Notes: a model not told the origin generated them from the sequence alone. Shown: positions 17,987 through 26,169, counted from the first letter of the stretch. The stretch is 31,297 bases of DNA from Planctomycetia bacterium (GCA_005798965.1 SYIB01000062.1:1-31297); one strand, 5' to 3'. Numbers and translations are program-made.

Positions 17987-18661
17987 TCATGGCTCCAGAT
18001 GCGAGAGCAGAGCCACGAGTTCACGCTCGACGTCAGCCTCGGCAACCTGCTCTGCCGAGAGCACGCCACGCAGTGCATCGAGCACCAAGCCCCGGACACG
18101 CGCCGTGGCGTGGCGTGCAGCATCGATGGGAATGCCCAGGGGTGGCGCACACTCTGCATAGGGCTTGCCATGCACGAAGTGCTCGATGAAGAGAATCCAC
18201 TCGTGGCTGCGACCTTGTGCATCGAGCGCTCGCTGCGCGGCATCCGATGCCGTCTGGATCAGCGATGCCGCGTAGGCGCGTTCAAAGGCGGCCTGGGCGT
18301 TGTCGGACTCGACCAGCTCCGCGAGCGCTTCATCGGCGGTGCCTGATCGACGACGCTCCGCCCGGATGCGATTCATGAGCTCGAACCGCGCGGCGGTGCG
18401 CAGCCAGAGACGGAACGGTCGCTCGGCGCGCTGCCAAGCATCGAGGAAGGCAGGATCGAGGATCCGAGCACAGAGATCCTGCACCACGTCCTCGACGTCG
18501 AGACGCGCACCAAAGGCATGCAGGTAGCGCAGCAGCGGTTCGCGATAAATGGACGTGAGGTTGGCCGCGAGTTCGCGGCGCTGCTCAGGCGAGCCGTCGC
18601 GCGCCACGGCCAGCCACGAACGGGCCGACGGTGGGAAGGAATCGCTGATGGGCGACGGCAT
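17987..18661 (-). CDS. ECF-type RNA polymerase sigma factor
   Basis: sigma2: 'YREPLLRYLHAFG...DVEDVVQDLCARIL' and 'RPFRLWLRTAARFELMNRIRAERRR'. sigma4 HTH: 'LFIEHFVHGKPYAECAPPLGIPIDAARHATARVR'. Confidence 0.85.
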   Translation of the reverse strand: MPSPISDSFPPSARSWLAVARDGSPEQRRELAANLTSIYREPLLRYLHAFGARLDVEDVVQDLCARILDPAFLDAWQRAERPFRLWLRTAARFELMNRIRAERRRSGTADEALAELVESDNAQAAFERAYAASLIQTASDAAQRALDAQGRSHEWILFIEHFVHGKPYAECAPPLGIPIDAARHATARVRGLVLDALRGVLSAEQVAEADVERELVALLSHLEP

Positions 18662-18847
18662 GCAAGGATCGTAGGTAGAACGGTTCCCTACTGCGGATGT
18701 GACATCGATGTTCTGAATCTGCGAAGGATTCCCACTCGCCCCGCGACGCCCCCACGAGTCATGACTCCTTCACGTGTCGGCAGTTTTCCGGGGCTGCCGA
18801 CGCTGGTCCGATCGCGCGATCCCGGTTCTCCTCCCATTGGGGGGGCT

Positions 18848-18892
18848 GTCCGCGCGTTGCGACCCGTCCGCGCGTTGACGGCCTGTCCGCGC
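18848..18892. repeat. Three degenerate tandem direct repeats GTCCGCGC(GTTG)
   Basis: GTCCGCGCGTTG at 18848-18859 and 18866-18877, and GTCCGCGC at 18885-18892. Periods 18 and 19 nt, immediately after the pheS stop. Confidence 0.75.
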
Positions 18893-18897
18893 CGAAC

Positions 18898-19890
18898 TCA
18901 GAACTGGCGCAGGAATCGGGCGTCGTTCTCGAACAGCCAACGAATGTCCGAAATGCCGTAGCGGCGCATGCAGATGCGTTCCACGCCCAAGCCAAAGGCG
19001 AATCCGCTCCAGTGCTCGGGGTCAATCCCCACGGCCGCGAAAACTGCAGGGTCCACCATGCCGCATCCACCGATCTCGACCCACTGCCGCTGACCGCGGA
19101 CATGCATCATGATGTCCACCTCGGCACTGGGCTCGGTGAACGGAAAGAAACTCGGCCGCATGCGCACCTCGGCGTCGGCACCGAAATAGGCGCGCGCGAA
19201 CTGGATCAGCGTCGTCTTCAGGTCAGCCATGCTCACGTGGCGATCCACGTACAGGCCCTCGACCTGGTGGAACATGCTGTAGTGCGTGGCATCATGCGTA
19301 TCCGGGCGGTACACGCGCCCCACCGCACACACCTTCAAGGGTGGCGGTGTGGTTTCCATCGCGCGGATCTGCACCGTGCTCGTCTGCGTGCGCAGCAAGC
19401 GCAGCGCGCCGCCCTGCGCGCCCATGTAGAAGTTGTCCGTCGGCTCGCGTGCCGGGTGGCCATCGGGGATGTTGAGGGCGTTGAAGTTGTGCCACTCGTC
19501 TTCGACCTCGGGCCCCTCGACCACGCTGAAGCCCATGCGGCCGAAGACATCGACGATGCCGTCGATGGTGCGGGTGAGCACATGCTGGCGACCAAGTCCG
19601 CAGGGTGCGCCGGACTCGGTGACATCGACGATCGGTCCAGCCGGTCGTGCACCGACGATCGCCTTGCGTTCGGCAAAGGCCGCTTCGAGCGCGGCCTTGA
19701 GTTCGTTGAGTCGCTTGCCCGCGGCAGGCTTCTCCGCGCCCGACAAGGCCTTCAGCGCAGCCATGGCATCCTTGAGGCGGCCCGACGCCCCGAGCCACTC
19801 CACTCGCCACGCCTCGAGCGCAGCGGGCGCGCTCGTCGCAGCGAGAGCGTTCAACGCAGTGGCCTGGAGGGCGTCAAGCTCGGCAAGCAT
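18898..19890 (-). CDS. pheS: Phenylalanine--tRNA ligase alpha subunit
   Basis: 'WHNFNALNIPDGHPAR', 'LLRTQTS', 'GRVYRPD..DATHYSMFHQVEG', 'FFPFTEPS', 'GFAFGLGVER'. Confidence 0.98.
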   Translation of the reverse strand: MLAELDALQATALNALAATSAPAALEAWRVEWLGASGRLKDAMAALKALSGAEKPAAGKRLNELKAALEAAFAERKAIVGARPAGPIVDVTESGAPCGLGRQHVLTRTIDGIVDVFGRMGFSVVEGPEVEDEWHNFNALNIPDGHPAREPTDNFYMGAQGGALRLLRTQTSTVQIRAMETTPPPLKVCAVGRVYRPDTHDATHYSMFHQVEGLYVDRHVSMADLKTTLIQFARAYFGADAEVRMRPSFFPFTEPSAEVDIMMHVRGQRQWVEIGGCGMVDPAVFAAVGIDPEHWSGFAFGLGVERICMRRYGISDIRWLFENDARFLRQF

Positions 19891-19998
19891 GGCCGGGCGA
19901 GGCTACACCAACACCTTCGTGATAGTGCGTCCGGCCGGATCCCCACCGGGTGCTGTTGGGCCTGCCGTGGCTCGGCGCCCACATCCCCCCCCAAAGCA

Positions 19999-20027
19999 CA
20001 ACGACCCGGCACGGGGCCGGGTCGTTG
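19999..20027 (-). terminator. Probable intrinsic terminator of the ribosomal superoperon after rplQ
   Basis: Perfect 12-bp stem CAACGACCCGGC/GCCGGGTCGTTG with a 5-nt loop, followed on the minus strand by TGCTTT, about 45 nt after the rplQ stop. Confidence 0.7.
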
Positions 20028-20072
20028 GTGGTGATCCTTGATCGTTGCGCAACGCGCTCTGATCGAGTGTGC

Positions 20073-20666
20073 TCAGGCTGCGGCCGGCTTCGCCTTGCGA
20101 CGGGCGGCAGCGAACTTGGTGCGGTTGTCCGCCTTCTCGCGACGGCGGCTGGCAGCGCCAGACACCTGCGAGCCGCTTTCGCGGCCGACGAGCTGGAGCA
20201 GCACCAAGTCGCTGGCGTCACCCTGACGGTGCTTGCCCAGGCGAATGATGCGGGTGTAGCCGCCGGCTCGACCTTCGAAGAGCGGTGCGACGCGCTTGAT
20301 GAGGTGCTCGACCAGGCGCGGACCGCGCTTGATCTCGCCAGTCGACTCATCAAACACGATCTCGTCTTCCTTCGGCAGATCCCAGAAGTCGCTCGTGAGC
20401 TTCTGCGGGTTCTTGACCTGGCCGTCGGCGATCCAACGGAACACGTTGCGATCCGTGAGGCGCGAATTGAGTGTGCGACGCGCGGCGAGCGAACGCTTGC
20501 GGGCGGTCGTGATCAGCTTCTCGACGAACGGCTGGACGGCCTTGGCCTTGGCCACGGTGGTCTCGATCTGGCCGTGCTCGAAGAGGCCGGCAGCGAGGTT
20601 GCGCAGCATGGCCCGGCGGTGATCCGCCTTGATGCTCAGCTGCTTTCCTGAAACGCGGTGACGCAT
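20073..20666 (-). CDS. rplQ: 50S ribosomal protein L17 with an internal insertion
   Basis: 'MRHR', 'HRRAMLRNLAAGL', 'IETTVAKAK', 'GGYTRIIRLG..RQGD'; follows rpoA. Confidence 0.97.
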   Translation of the reverse strand: MRHRVSGKQLSIKADHRRAMLRNLAAGLFEHGQIETTVAKAKAVQPFVEKLITTARKRSLAARRTLNSRLTDRNVFRWIADGQVKNPQKLTSDFWDLPKEDEIVFDESTGEIKRGPRLVEHLIKRVAPLFEGRAGGYTRIIRLGKHRQGDASDLVLLQLVGRESGSQVSGAASRRREKADNRTKFAAARRKAKPAAA

Positions 20667-20692
20667 GATGACTCCTTAGGGTGTGCTGTGCT

Positions 20693-21700
20693 TCAGGCCT
20701 GGACCGTGGGGGTGAAGCCCTCGGGCAGGCGCATGCCGAGGCTCAGGCCATGCTCGGCGAGCTTGTCCTCGACCTCGCGCAGGCTGGTCTTGCCGAAGGC
20801 GCGGATCTGGAGCAGATCGTCGATGGTGCGAGTGACGAGGTCGTGCACGAAACGGACCTGCGCGCTCTCGAGGCAGTTGCTCGATCGAACACCGAGTTCG
20901 AGGCCGGTCACCGGCATCGAGAGCTTGCGGAAGAGTTCTTCCTCACTCGCGGTCTCAGCGCCGATGCCTTGGACAGCCAGCGTTTCCCCGGCCGTCGCGT
21001 ACTGCACGAACGGGTTGAGGTGCTTGCGCATGATCTTGGCGGCCTCGACCACGGCCAATTCCGGGGTGACGGTGCCGTTGGTCCAGACGTCGAGGATGAG
21101 CTTGTCGTAGTTCGTGCGTTGACCGACGCGGGTGGCCTCGACGCGATACCGCACGCGCTGGACGGGGCTGAAGATCGCATCGATCGGGATCACGCCGACG
21201 ACCTGTTCCTGGCCGTTGGTGTACTGCTCGCTGGCGGGCTGGTAGCCACGGCCGCGCTCGATGGTGAGCTGCATCTCGAGCGACGCATCGCCGGTGAGCG
21301 TGGCGATGTGGCGATCCTTGTTGACGATCATGACGCCAGCCGGGCACTCCACGTGCTCGGCCGTGACGGCGCCCTTGCCCTTGGCGCGCAGACGCAGCAC
21401 CTGAGACTCATCGCCATCCATGTCGATGATCAGGTCCTTGCAGTTCAGCAGGATCTCGGTCACGTCCTCGAGGACGCCCGGGATGGTGCTGAACTCATGC
21501 GACACGCCGCCGATCTGCACGCTGGTGACCGCAGCGCCCTCGAGGCTCGAGAGCAGGATGCGGCGGATGCTGTTGCCGATGGTGGTGCCGAAGCCACGTT
21601 CGAACGGCTCGGCCACGAAACGGCCGAAGGTGTCGGTACGCGAAGCGGGATCAACGAGGACGGCGGCAGGAAGTTCAAGGCCGCGCCAACGGATATGCAT
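20693..21700 (-). CDS. rpoA: RNA polymerase alpha subunit
   Basis: ATG 21700 (SD GGAG), trimmed from 21823. 'EPFERGFGTTIGNSIRRILLSS', 'VSHEFSTIPGVLEDV', 'IPIDAIFSPV', alphaCTD 'LELGVRSSNCL', 'FGKTSLREV'. Confidence 0.98.
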   Translation of the reverse strand: MHIRWRGLELPAAVLVDPASRTDTFGRFVAEPFERGFGTTIGNSIRRILLSSLEGAAVTSVQIGGVSHEFSTIPGVLEDVTEILLNCKDLIIDMDGDESQVLRLRAKGKGAVTAEHVECPAGVMIVNKDRHIATLTGDASLEMQLTIERGRGYQPASEQYTNGQEQVVGVIPIDAIFSPVQRVRYRVEATRVGQRTNYDKLILDVWTNGTVTPELAVVEAAKIMRKHLNPFVQYATAGETLAVQGIGAETASEEELFRKLSMPVTGLELGVRSSNCLESAQVRFVHDLVTRTIDDLLQIRAFGKTSLREVEDKLAEHGLSLGMRLPEGFTPTVQA

Positions 21701-21825
21701 GGTGAGTCTCCAGGGTCCGGCAGGACAGGTTCTTCGGGACCGGTCGCCCTGCCTCGATCGGATGCTCCAGGCCGCTGCCGGGCGGTCCGGGCCCCTTCGG
21801 TGAGGCAGGAAAAAGTTGGACAATC

Positions 21826-21831
21826 AGTGTA
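21826..21831 (-). promoter_or_regulatory. Putative internal -10 element (TACACT) upstream of rpoA
   Basis: TANNNT in the only long (149 bp) gap of the superoperon, followed by an AT-richer stretch. Confidence 0.35.
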
Positions 21832-21849
21832 GCGAAAGCACCGGGCGGA

Positions 21850-22224
21850 TCACATGCGGCGCTTCTTGGCCGCCCGGCAGCCGTTGTGCGGCACGCCGGT
21901 GTGGTCCTCGATGGTGAGCACGCGCAGGCCGGCAGCGCCCAGGGCGGTGACGGCACTCTCGCGGCCCGGGCCGGGGCCCTTCACGCGGACATCGCATTCA
22001 CGCATGCCCACGCGCTTGGCCTTGCTCGCAGCTCGCTCGCTGGCGCGGCTTGCTGCGAACGGGGTCGCCTTGCGGGCGCCCTTGAAACCGGCCGTTCCGG
22101 CCGAGTCCCACGCCACCGTCTCGCCGTTGAGGTCGGTGATGGTGACGATGGTGTTGTTGAAGGACGCGTGCACGTGCACGATGCCCTTGACGACGCTTTT
22201 GCGGACCTTCTTCTTGGTAGCCAT
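21850..22224 (-). CDS. rpsK: 30S ribosomal protein S11
   Basis: '[15 protein letters not shown]', '[13 protein letters not shown]', '[11 protein letters not shown]', 'VPHNGCR'. Confidence 0.99.
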   Translation of the reverse strand: MATKKKVRKSVVKGIVHVHASFNNTIVTITDLNGETVAWDSAGTAGFKGARKATPFAASRASERAASKAKRVGMRECDVRVKGPGPGRESAVTALGAAGLRVLTIEDHTGVPHNGCRAAKKRRM

Positions 22225-22254
22225 GGTGTGTTCCTTGGGGGGCTCGGGGCCGGA

Positions 22255-22632
22255 TCAGCCCTTCACGCCCTTCTTGCCGGCGACCGTCTTCTTGCGGCCC
22301 TTGCGGGTACGGGAGTTGGTTCGGGTGCGCTGGCCGCGGGCTGGGAGGCCCTTGCGGTGGCGGTCGCCACGGTACGAGTGGATTTCCTTGAGGCGCTGGA
22401 TCTGCGTCTGCACCTGGCGGCGCAAGGCGCCCTCGACGAGATGGCTCTCGTCGATCTCGGCGGCGATGGCCGCGAGCTCCTGGTCATTCAGCGTGTGTGC
22501 GCGACGATCAGGATCGATGCCGCACTTGCCCAAGATGTCGGTGGCGACCTTGAGGCCGATGCCGTGGACATACTGGATGGCCACGATGATCTTCTTCTTC
22601 TCGGGGATGTCAACGCCTGCAATACGTGGCAT
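22255..22632 (-). CDS. rpsM: 30S ribosomal protein S13
   Basis: 'MPRIAGVDIP', 'YRGDRHRKGLPARGQRTRTNSRTRKG'. Confidence 0.99.
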   Translation of the reverse strand: MPRIAGVDIPEKKKIIVAIQYVHGIGLKVATDILGKCGIDPDRRAHTLNDQELAAIAAEIDESHLVEGALRRQVQTQIQRLKEIHSYRGDRHRKGLPARGQRTRTNSRTRKGRKKTVAGKKGVKG

Positions 22633-22657
22633 GGTCTGTTCCTTTCGGTTCGATCGT

Positions 22658-22774
22658 TCAGCCCTGCCGCTGCTTCAGGCGGGGATTCTTCTTGTTGATG
22701 ACGATGCGCTTGCCCTTGCGGATGACGATCTGGCAATCCTTGGTGCGGCGCTTGATGCTGCTTCGGACTTTCAT
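22658..22774 (-). CDS. rpmJ: 50S ribosomal protein L36 (zinc-free type)
   Basis: MKVRSSIKRRTKDCQIVIRKGKRIVINKKNPRLKQRQG (38 aa), SD GGAG, in the canonical position between infA and rpsM. Confidence 0.96.
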   Translation of the reverse strand: MKVRSSIKRRTKDCQIVIRKGKRIVINKKNPRLKQRQG

Positions 22775-22812
22775 GGTGTGCTCCGTGTGGTTCCTGATGG
22801 TTCCCTGAGGGC

Positions 22813-23031
22813 TCACTGCTGACGGAAGACGATCCGACCCTTGGTCATGTCGTACGGGCTGAGTTCGACGGTGACCCGATCGCCGGGGGTGATGCGGATG
22901 AAGAACTTCCTCATCTTGCCGCTCACGTAGGCGATGATCTCCTGGTTGTTCGGCAGCTTGACCCGGAACTTGCTGTCCGGGAGCGCTTCCGTAACCTCGG
23001 CTTCGAGAGAGATCTTGTCTTCCTTGGGCAT
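22813..23031 (-). CDS. infA: Translation initiation factor IF-1
   Basis: '[12 protein letters not shown]', '[31 protein letters not shown]'. Confidence 0.99.
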   Translation of the reverse strand: MPKEDKISLEAEVTEALPDSKFRVKLPNNQEIIAYVSGKMRKFFIRITPGDRVTVELSPYDMTKGRIVFRQQ

Positions 23032-23069
23032 GGGCTCCTTTGTGGTGGTGCGGTGTGACGATGCGGGGC

Positions 23070-24482
23070 TCAGGTCGCCCGTGCGCTTCGGATGCGCGGG
23101 CCGTCCTGGGCGCCGTCGCTGAGGAAGCCCGAGTAGTTGCGCATGAGGAGGTTCGCCTCCAAGCGCTGGACGATGTCGAGGGCGACGCTGACCACGATGA
23201 GCAGGCCCGTGCCGCCAAGGAACTGGCTCACGTACGGCGGCACACCGAAGGACTCGGAGACGAGCGTGGGGATGATCGCGATCACGCAGAGGAAGCCCGC
23301 GCCGACATAGGTGATGCGGCCGATGACGTCCTCGAGGTACTCGGCAGTGCGCGGCCCCGGGCGCACGTTGGGGATGAAGCTGCCGTGCTCCTTGAGCTGC
23401 TTGCTCATCTCCTCAGGCGACATCTGGATGGTCACCCAGAAGTAGCTGAAGACGTAGATCAGGACGATCTCAACGAGCACGTACGGGTACGCACCCATCT
23501 GGAAGTTCTGCGCGAGGAACGCGGTCGACTCGATGAGCCACTGAGCCCAGCCGCCCGAGGTGGCCAGGCCGGCGAGCCAGCCCAGGATCATGCTCGGGAA
23601 GATCATGAGGCTGCTGGCGAAGATGATGGGCATGACGCCAGCGTGGTTCAGACGCAGCGGCAGGTAGTGACGGCCCCCACCGTACATGCGTCGGCCGGAA
23701 ACATGCTTGGCCTGCTGGATCGGGATGCGTCGCGTCGCCACGGTCATGATGACCGCGCCCATGACCACCGCCACAAAGCAGGCGACCAGGAGCACCAATC
23801 CAAGCGCGCCGACCTTGCCGTCGGATGCCTGGACGCTTGGGTTGAAGTTGTCGAACAACCACTGGATCGCGGCCGGCATGCGCGCCAGGATGCCCGCGGT
23901 CAGGATGATCGAGATGCCGTTGCCGATGCCGAACTTATCGATCTGCTCGCCCAGCCACATGAGGAACAGGCTGCCGGCGACCAGCGCCGTCACGCCCGAC
24001 ACGTAGAACACCATGCGGCCGCCACCCGACACGTACTGGGGCTCGACCAGGTTCTGGCTGTAGAGGTACCCCAGCCACATGAAGCCCTGCACGAAGCAGA
24101 GCGCCACGGTGGCGTAGCGGGTGTACTCCATCACCTTCTGCTGGCCCGACATGCCTTCCTTCTTCAATGCAGCGAGCGGCGGGTAGACCGTCTGGAGCAG
24201 CTGGAAGATGATCGACGCCGTGATGTACGGCGCGATGCCAAGGCCGAACACCGTGCTCTGCTGCAGGCTGCCGCCCGAGAAGATGCTGGCGAACTGGAGC
24301 AGGCGACCGAAGCCCGTGGCATCTTCCGTGGCCTTCTCGGCCAGATTCGACAGCGCGGCCTGGTCGACCCCGATGAGGGGGATCCAGAAGCCGACGCGGT
24401 AGATGACCAGCATGCCCAGCGTGAACAGCACGCGGTTGCGCAGGTCAGGGATGCGGAAGATGTTCAGGAAGGCGCTCAGCAT
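23070..24482 (-). CDS. secY: Preprotein translocase subunit SecY
   Basis: '[11 protein letters not shown]', '[12 protein letters not shown]', '[18 protein letters not shown]', '[16 protein letters not shown]', 'FIPNVRPG', 'GGTGLLIVV'. Confidence 0.99.
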   Translation of the reverse strand: MLSAFLNIFRIPDLRNRVLFTLGMLVIYRVGFWIPLIGVDQAALSNLAEKATEDATGFGRLLQFASIFSGGSLQQSTVFGLGIAPYITASIIFQLLQTVYPPLAALKKEGMSGQQKVMEYTRYATVALCFVQGFMWLGYLYSQNLVEPQYVSGGGRMVFYVSGVTALVAGSLFLMWLGEQIDKFGIGNGISIILTAGILARMPAAIQWLFDNFNPSVQASDGKVGALGLVLLVACFVAVVMGAVIMTVATRRIPIQQAKHVSGRRMYGGGRHYLPLRLNHAGVMPIIFASSLMIFPSMILGWLAGLATSGGWAQWLIESTAFLAQNFQMGAYPYVLVEIVLIYVFSYFWVTIQMSPEEMSKQLKEHGSFIPNVRPGPRTAEYLEDVIGRITYVGAGFLCVIAIIPTLVSESFGVPPYVSQFLGGTGLLIVVSVALDIVQRLEANLLMRNYSGFLSDGAQDGPRIRSARAT

Positions 24483-24492
24483 GGGATGGGCA

Positions 24493-24936
24493 TCACGCGA
24501 CGGTGACGCTGCCGCCGGCCTTCTCGATCTTGGCCTTGGCAGTCTCCGAGAACTTGCCGGCAGTGACCGACAGCTTCTTGGCGAGATCGCCAGTGCCGAG
24601 CACCTTGACCGGGAGCTTGCGGTTGCGAACGAGGCCGACCTTCACCATGGCATCGAGGTCGACGTGCGCGCCAGCGTCGAAGTACTTCTGGAGGTCCGAA
24701 ACATTCACGACCGCGTAGGTGGTGGCGAAGGCGTTCTTGAAGCCGATCTTGGGGAAGCGGCGCATGAGCGGCGTCGAACCGCCCATGTAGCCGGGGCGGC
24801 TGGTCCAGCCTGCACGGCTCTTGGCACCATTGTGGCCACGACGGCTGGTGCCGCCGATGCCGGAGCCTTCACCGCGGCCGCGACGCATGCGCTTGGTGTG
24901 CGCGCCGGCCTTCTTCGTAACGTCATGGATCATCAT
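24493..24936 (-). CDS. rplO: 50S ribosomal protein L15
   Basis: 'RRGRGEGSGIGGTSRRGHNGAKSRAG', 'GGSTPLMRRFPKIGF', 'KIEKAGG'. Confidence 0.98.
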   Translation of the reverse strand: MMIHDVTKKAGAHTKRMRRGRGEGSGIGGTSRRGHNGAKSRAGWTSRPGYMGGSTPLMRRFPKIGFKNAFATTYAVVNVSDLQKYFDAGAHVDLDAMVKVGLVRNRKLPVKVLGTGDLAKKLSVTAGKFSETAKAKIEKAGGSVTVA

Positions 24937-25003
24937 GTGAGCTGCGCTCCTCTACTGTGCTCAGTGTTCGTTCGTGTTCGTGTTCGTGTGGGAATGGCTT
25001 GGA

Positions 25004-25741
25004 TCAGCCCGCCGAGGGGGCATCGGCCGCCGGGGCTGGAGTGGCTGGTGCGGCAGGAGCCGCAGCCGGGGCTGGAGCCGGCGCCGGGGCTTCGCCGCCA
25101 CCGTCGAAGCGGCGACCACCACCACGGGGACCGCCACGCTGGCCACCGCGACGACGTTCGTCGCCGACCGTATTGACCGGGGCTTGGGCGCGCGGGCCGC
25201 CCGACGACTTGGGCATGAACGCCATGCCGCGCGCGATGGCATCTTCCACGGCGGTCGTGCCGAGGGTGACGCCACGCAGGGCTTCGATGCGCTCGCGGGT
25301 CTGAAGCATGGCCAGCGCCTCGAAGGTGGCCTTGACCAGGTTCTTCGGGTTGCTGCTGCCGTAGCACTTGCTGAGGCAATCCTTCACGCCGAGCAGTTCG
25401 AGCACCGCGCGCACAGCGGCGCCGGCCTTGATGCCCGTTCCCGGGCTCGCGGGCACCAGCACGACCTTCGAGGCACCGAAGCGGCCTTCGACGGTGTGCG
25501 GCACGGTCGTGGCCTGCACCGGGTAGCGCTTGGTCTTGCGACGCGCCTCGCGGGTGGCCTTCTCGACCGCCTGCGGGACCTGGTTGCTCTTCGCGTAGCC
25601 CACGCCGACCTCGCCGCGGCGATTGCCGACGACGACGAGTGCGGCGAAGCTGAAGCGACGGCCGCCGGCGACCGTGGAGCTGGTGCGGTAGACGCCCACG
25701 GTGATGGCGTCGGTTCCGTTGTCTTCAAGCATCTCTGCCAT
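25004..25741 (-). CDS. rpsE: 30S ribosomal protein S5 with a low-complexity C-terminal extension
   Basis: 'VAGGRRFSFAALVVVG', 'VPQAVEKA', 'PASPGTGIKAG', 'GSSNPKNLVKAT'. Confidence 0.98.
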   Translation of the reverse strand: MAEMLEDNGTDAITVGVYRTSSTVAGGRRFSFAALVVVGNRRGEVGVGYAKSNQVPQAVEKATREARRKTKRYPVQATTVPHTVEGRFGASKVVLVPASPGTGIKAGAAVRAVLELLGVKDCLSKCYGSSNPKNLVKATFEALAMLQTRERIEALRGVTLGTTAVEDAIARGMAFMPKSSGGPRAQAPVNTVGDERRRGGQRGGPRGGGRRFDGGGEAPAPAPAPAAAPAAPATPAPAADAPSAG

Positions 25742-25762
25742 TGGTGGTCCTTGGTGGTTGGC

Positions 25763-26122
25763 TCAGAACTGCAGGCCGGCGGTGCGAGCCGCTTCGGCGA
25801 GGGCCTTGATGCGGCCGTGGAATCGGAAACCGTTGCGGTCGAACACGACCTTCTGCACGCCAACCTTCATGGCGCGCTCGGCGACGGCCTTGCCGATCGT
25901 CGCTGCGGCGGCGGAGTTGCCGCCTGGCGCCGCGACATCGACGTCGCGGGTGCTGGCGCTCGCGAGCGTGCGGCCCGCATAGTCGTCGATCACCTGCACA
26001 TAGATGTGCTTGAGCGAGCGGAAGACGGTGAGGCGCGGACGGTCCGGCGTCCCCTGAATGCGCTTGCGCAGACCCTTCTTGCGACGGGTACGCGCGGCGA
26101 GCTTCTTGGTGCACTTGTCCAT
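25763..26122 (-). CDS. rplR: 50S ribosomal protein L18
   Basis: '[20 protein letters not shown]', '[22 protein letters not shown]'. Confidence 0.99.
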   Translation of the reverse strand: MDKCTKKLAARTRRKKGLRKRIQGTPDRPRLTVFRSLKHIYVQVIDDYAGRTLASASTRDVDVAAPGGNSAAAATIGKAVAERAMKVGVQKVVFDRNGFRFHGRIKALAEAARTAGLQF

Positions 26123-26169
26123 GGTCGTTTCCTAAAGTTTGGATCAGGGCGTTGGGTCAGGCCTTGGGA

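Noticed and set aside
18688-18762. 24-aa Arg-rich minus-strand ORF upstream of the ECF gene
   Set aside because: The SD-like AAGGAG is only 2 nt from the ATG, the start lies inside a palindrome, and there is no other support.
18839-19992. G7 and C8 tracts flanking pheS as inverted ends of a mobile unit
   Set aside because: Homopolymers only, with no transposase, target-site duplication or extended terminal repeat.
19891-20072. tRNA, SRP RNA or a pheM-like leader peptide between rplQ and pheS
   Set aside because: No cloverleaf or T-loop motif, no SRP GGAA/GCAG core, and no Phe-rich ORF.
24971-24988. (TTCGTG)x3 microsatellite at the position where rpmD usually lies
   Set aside because: Only three copies, in an A/C-rich spacer typical of this operon; no L30 remnant is detectable in any frame.
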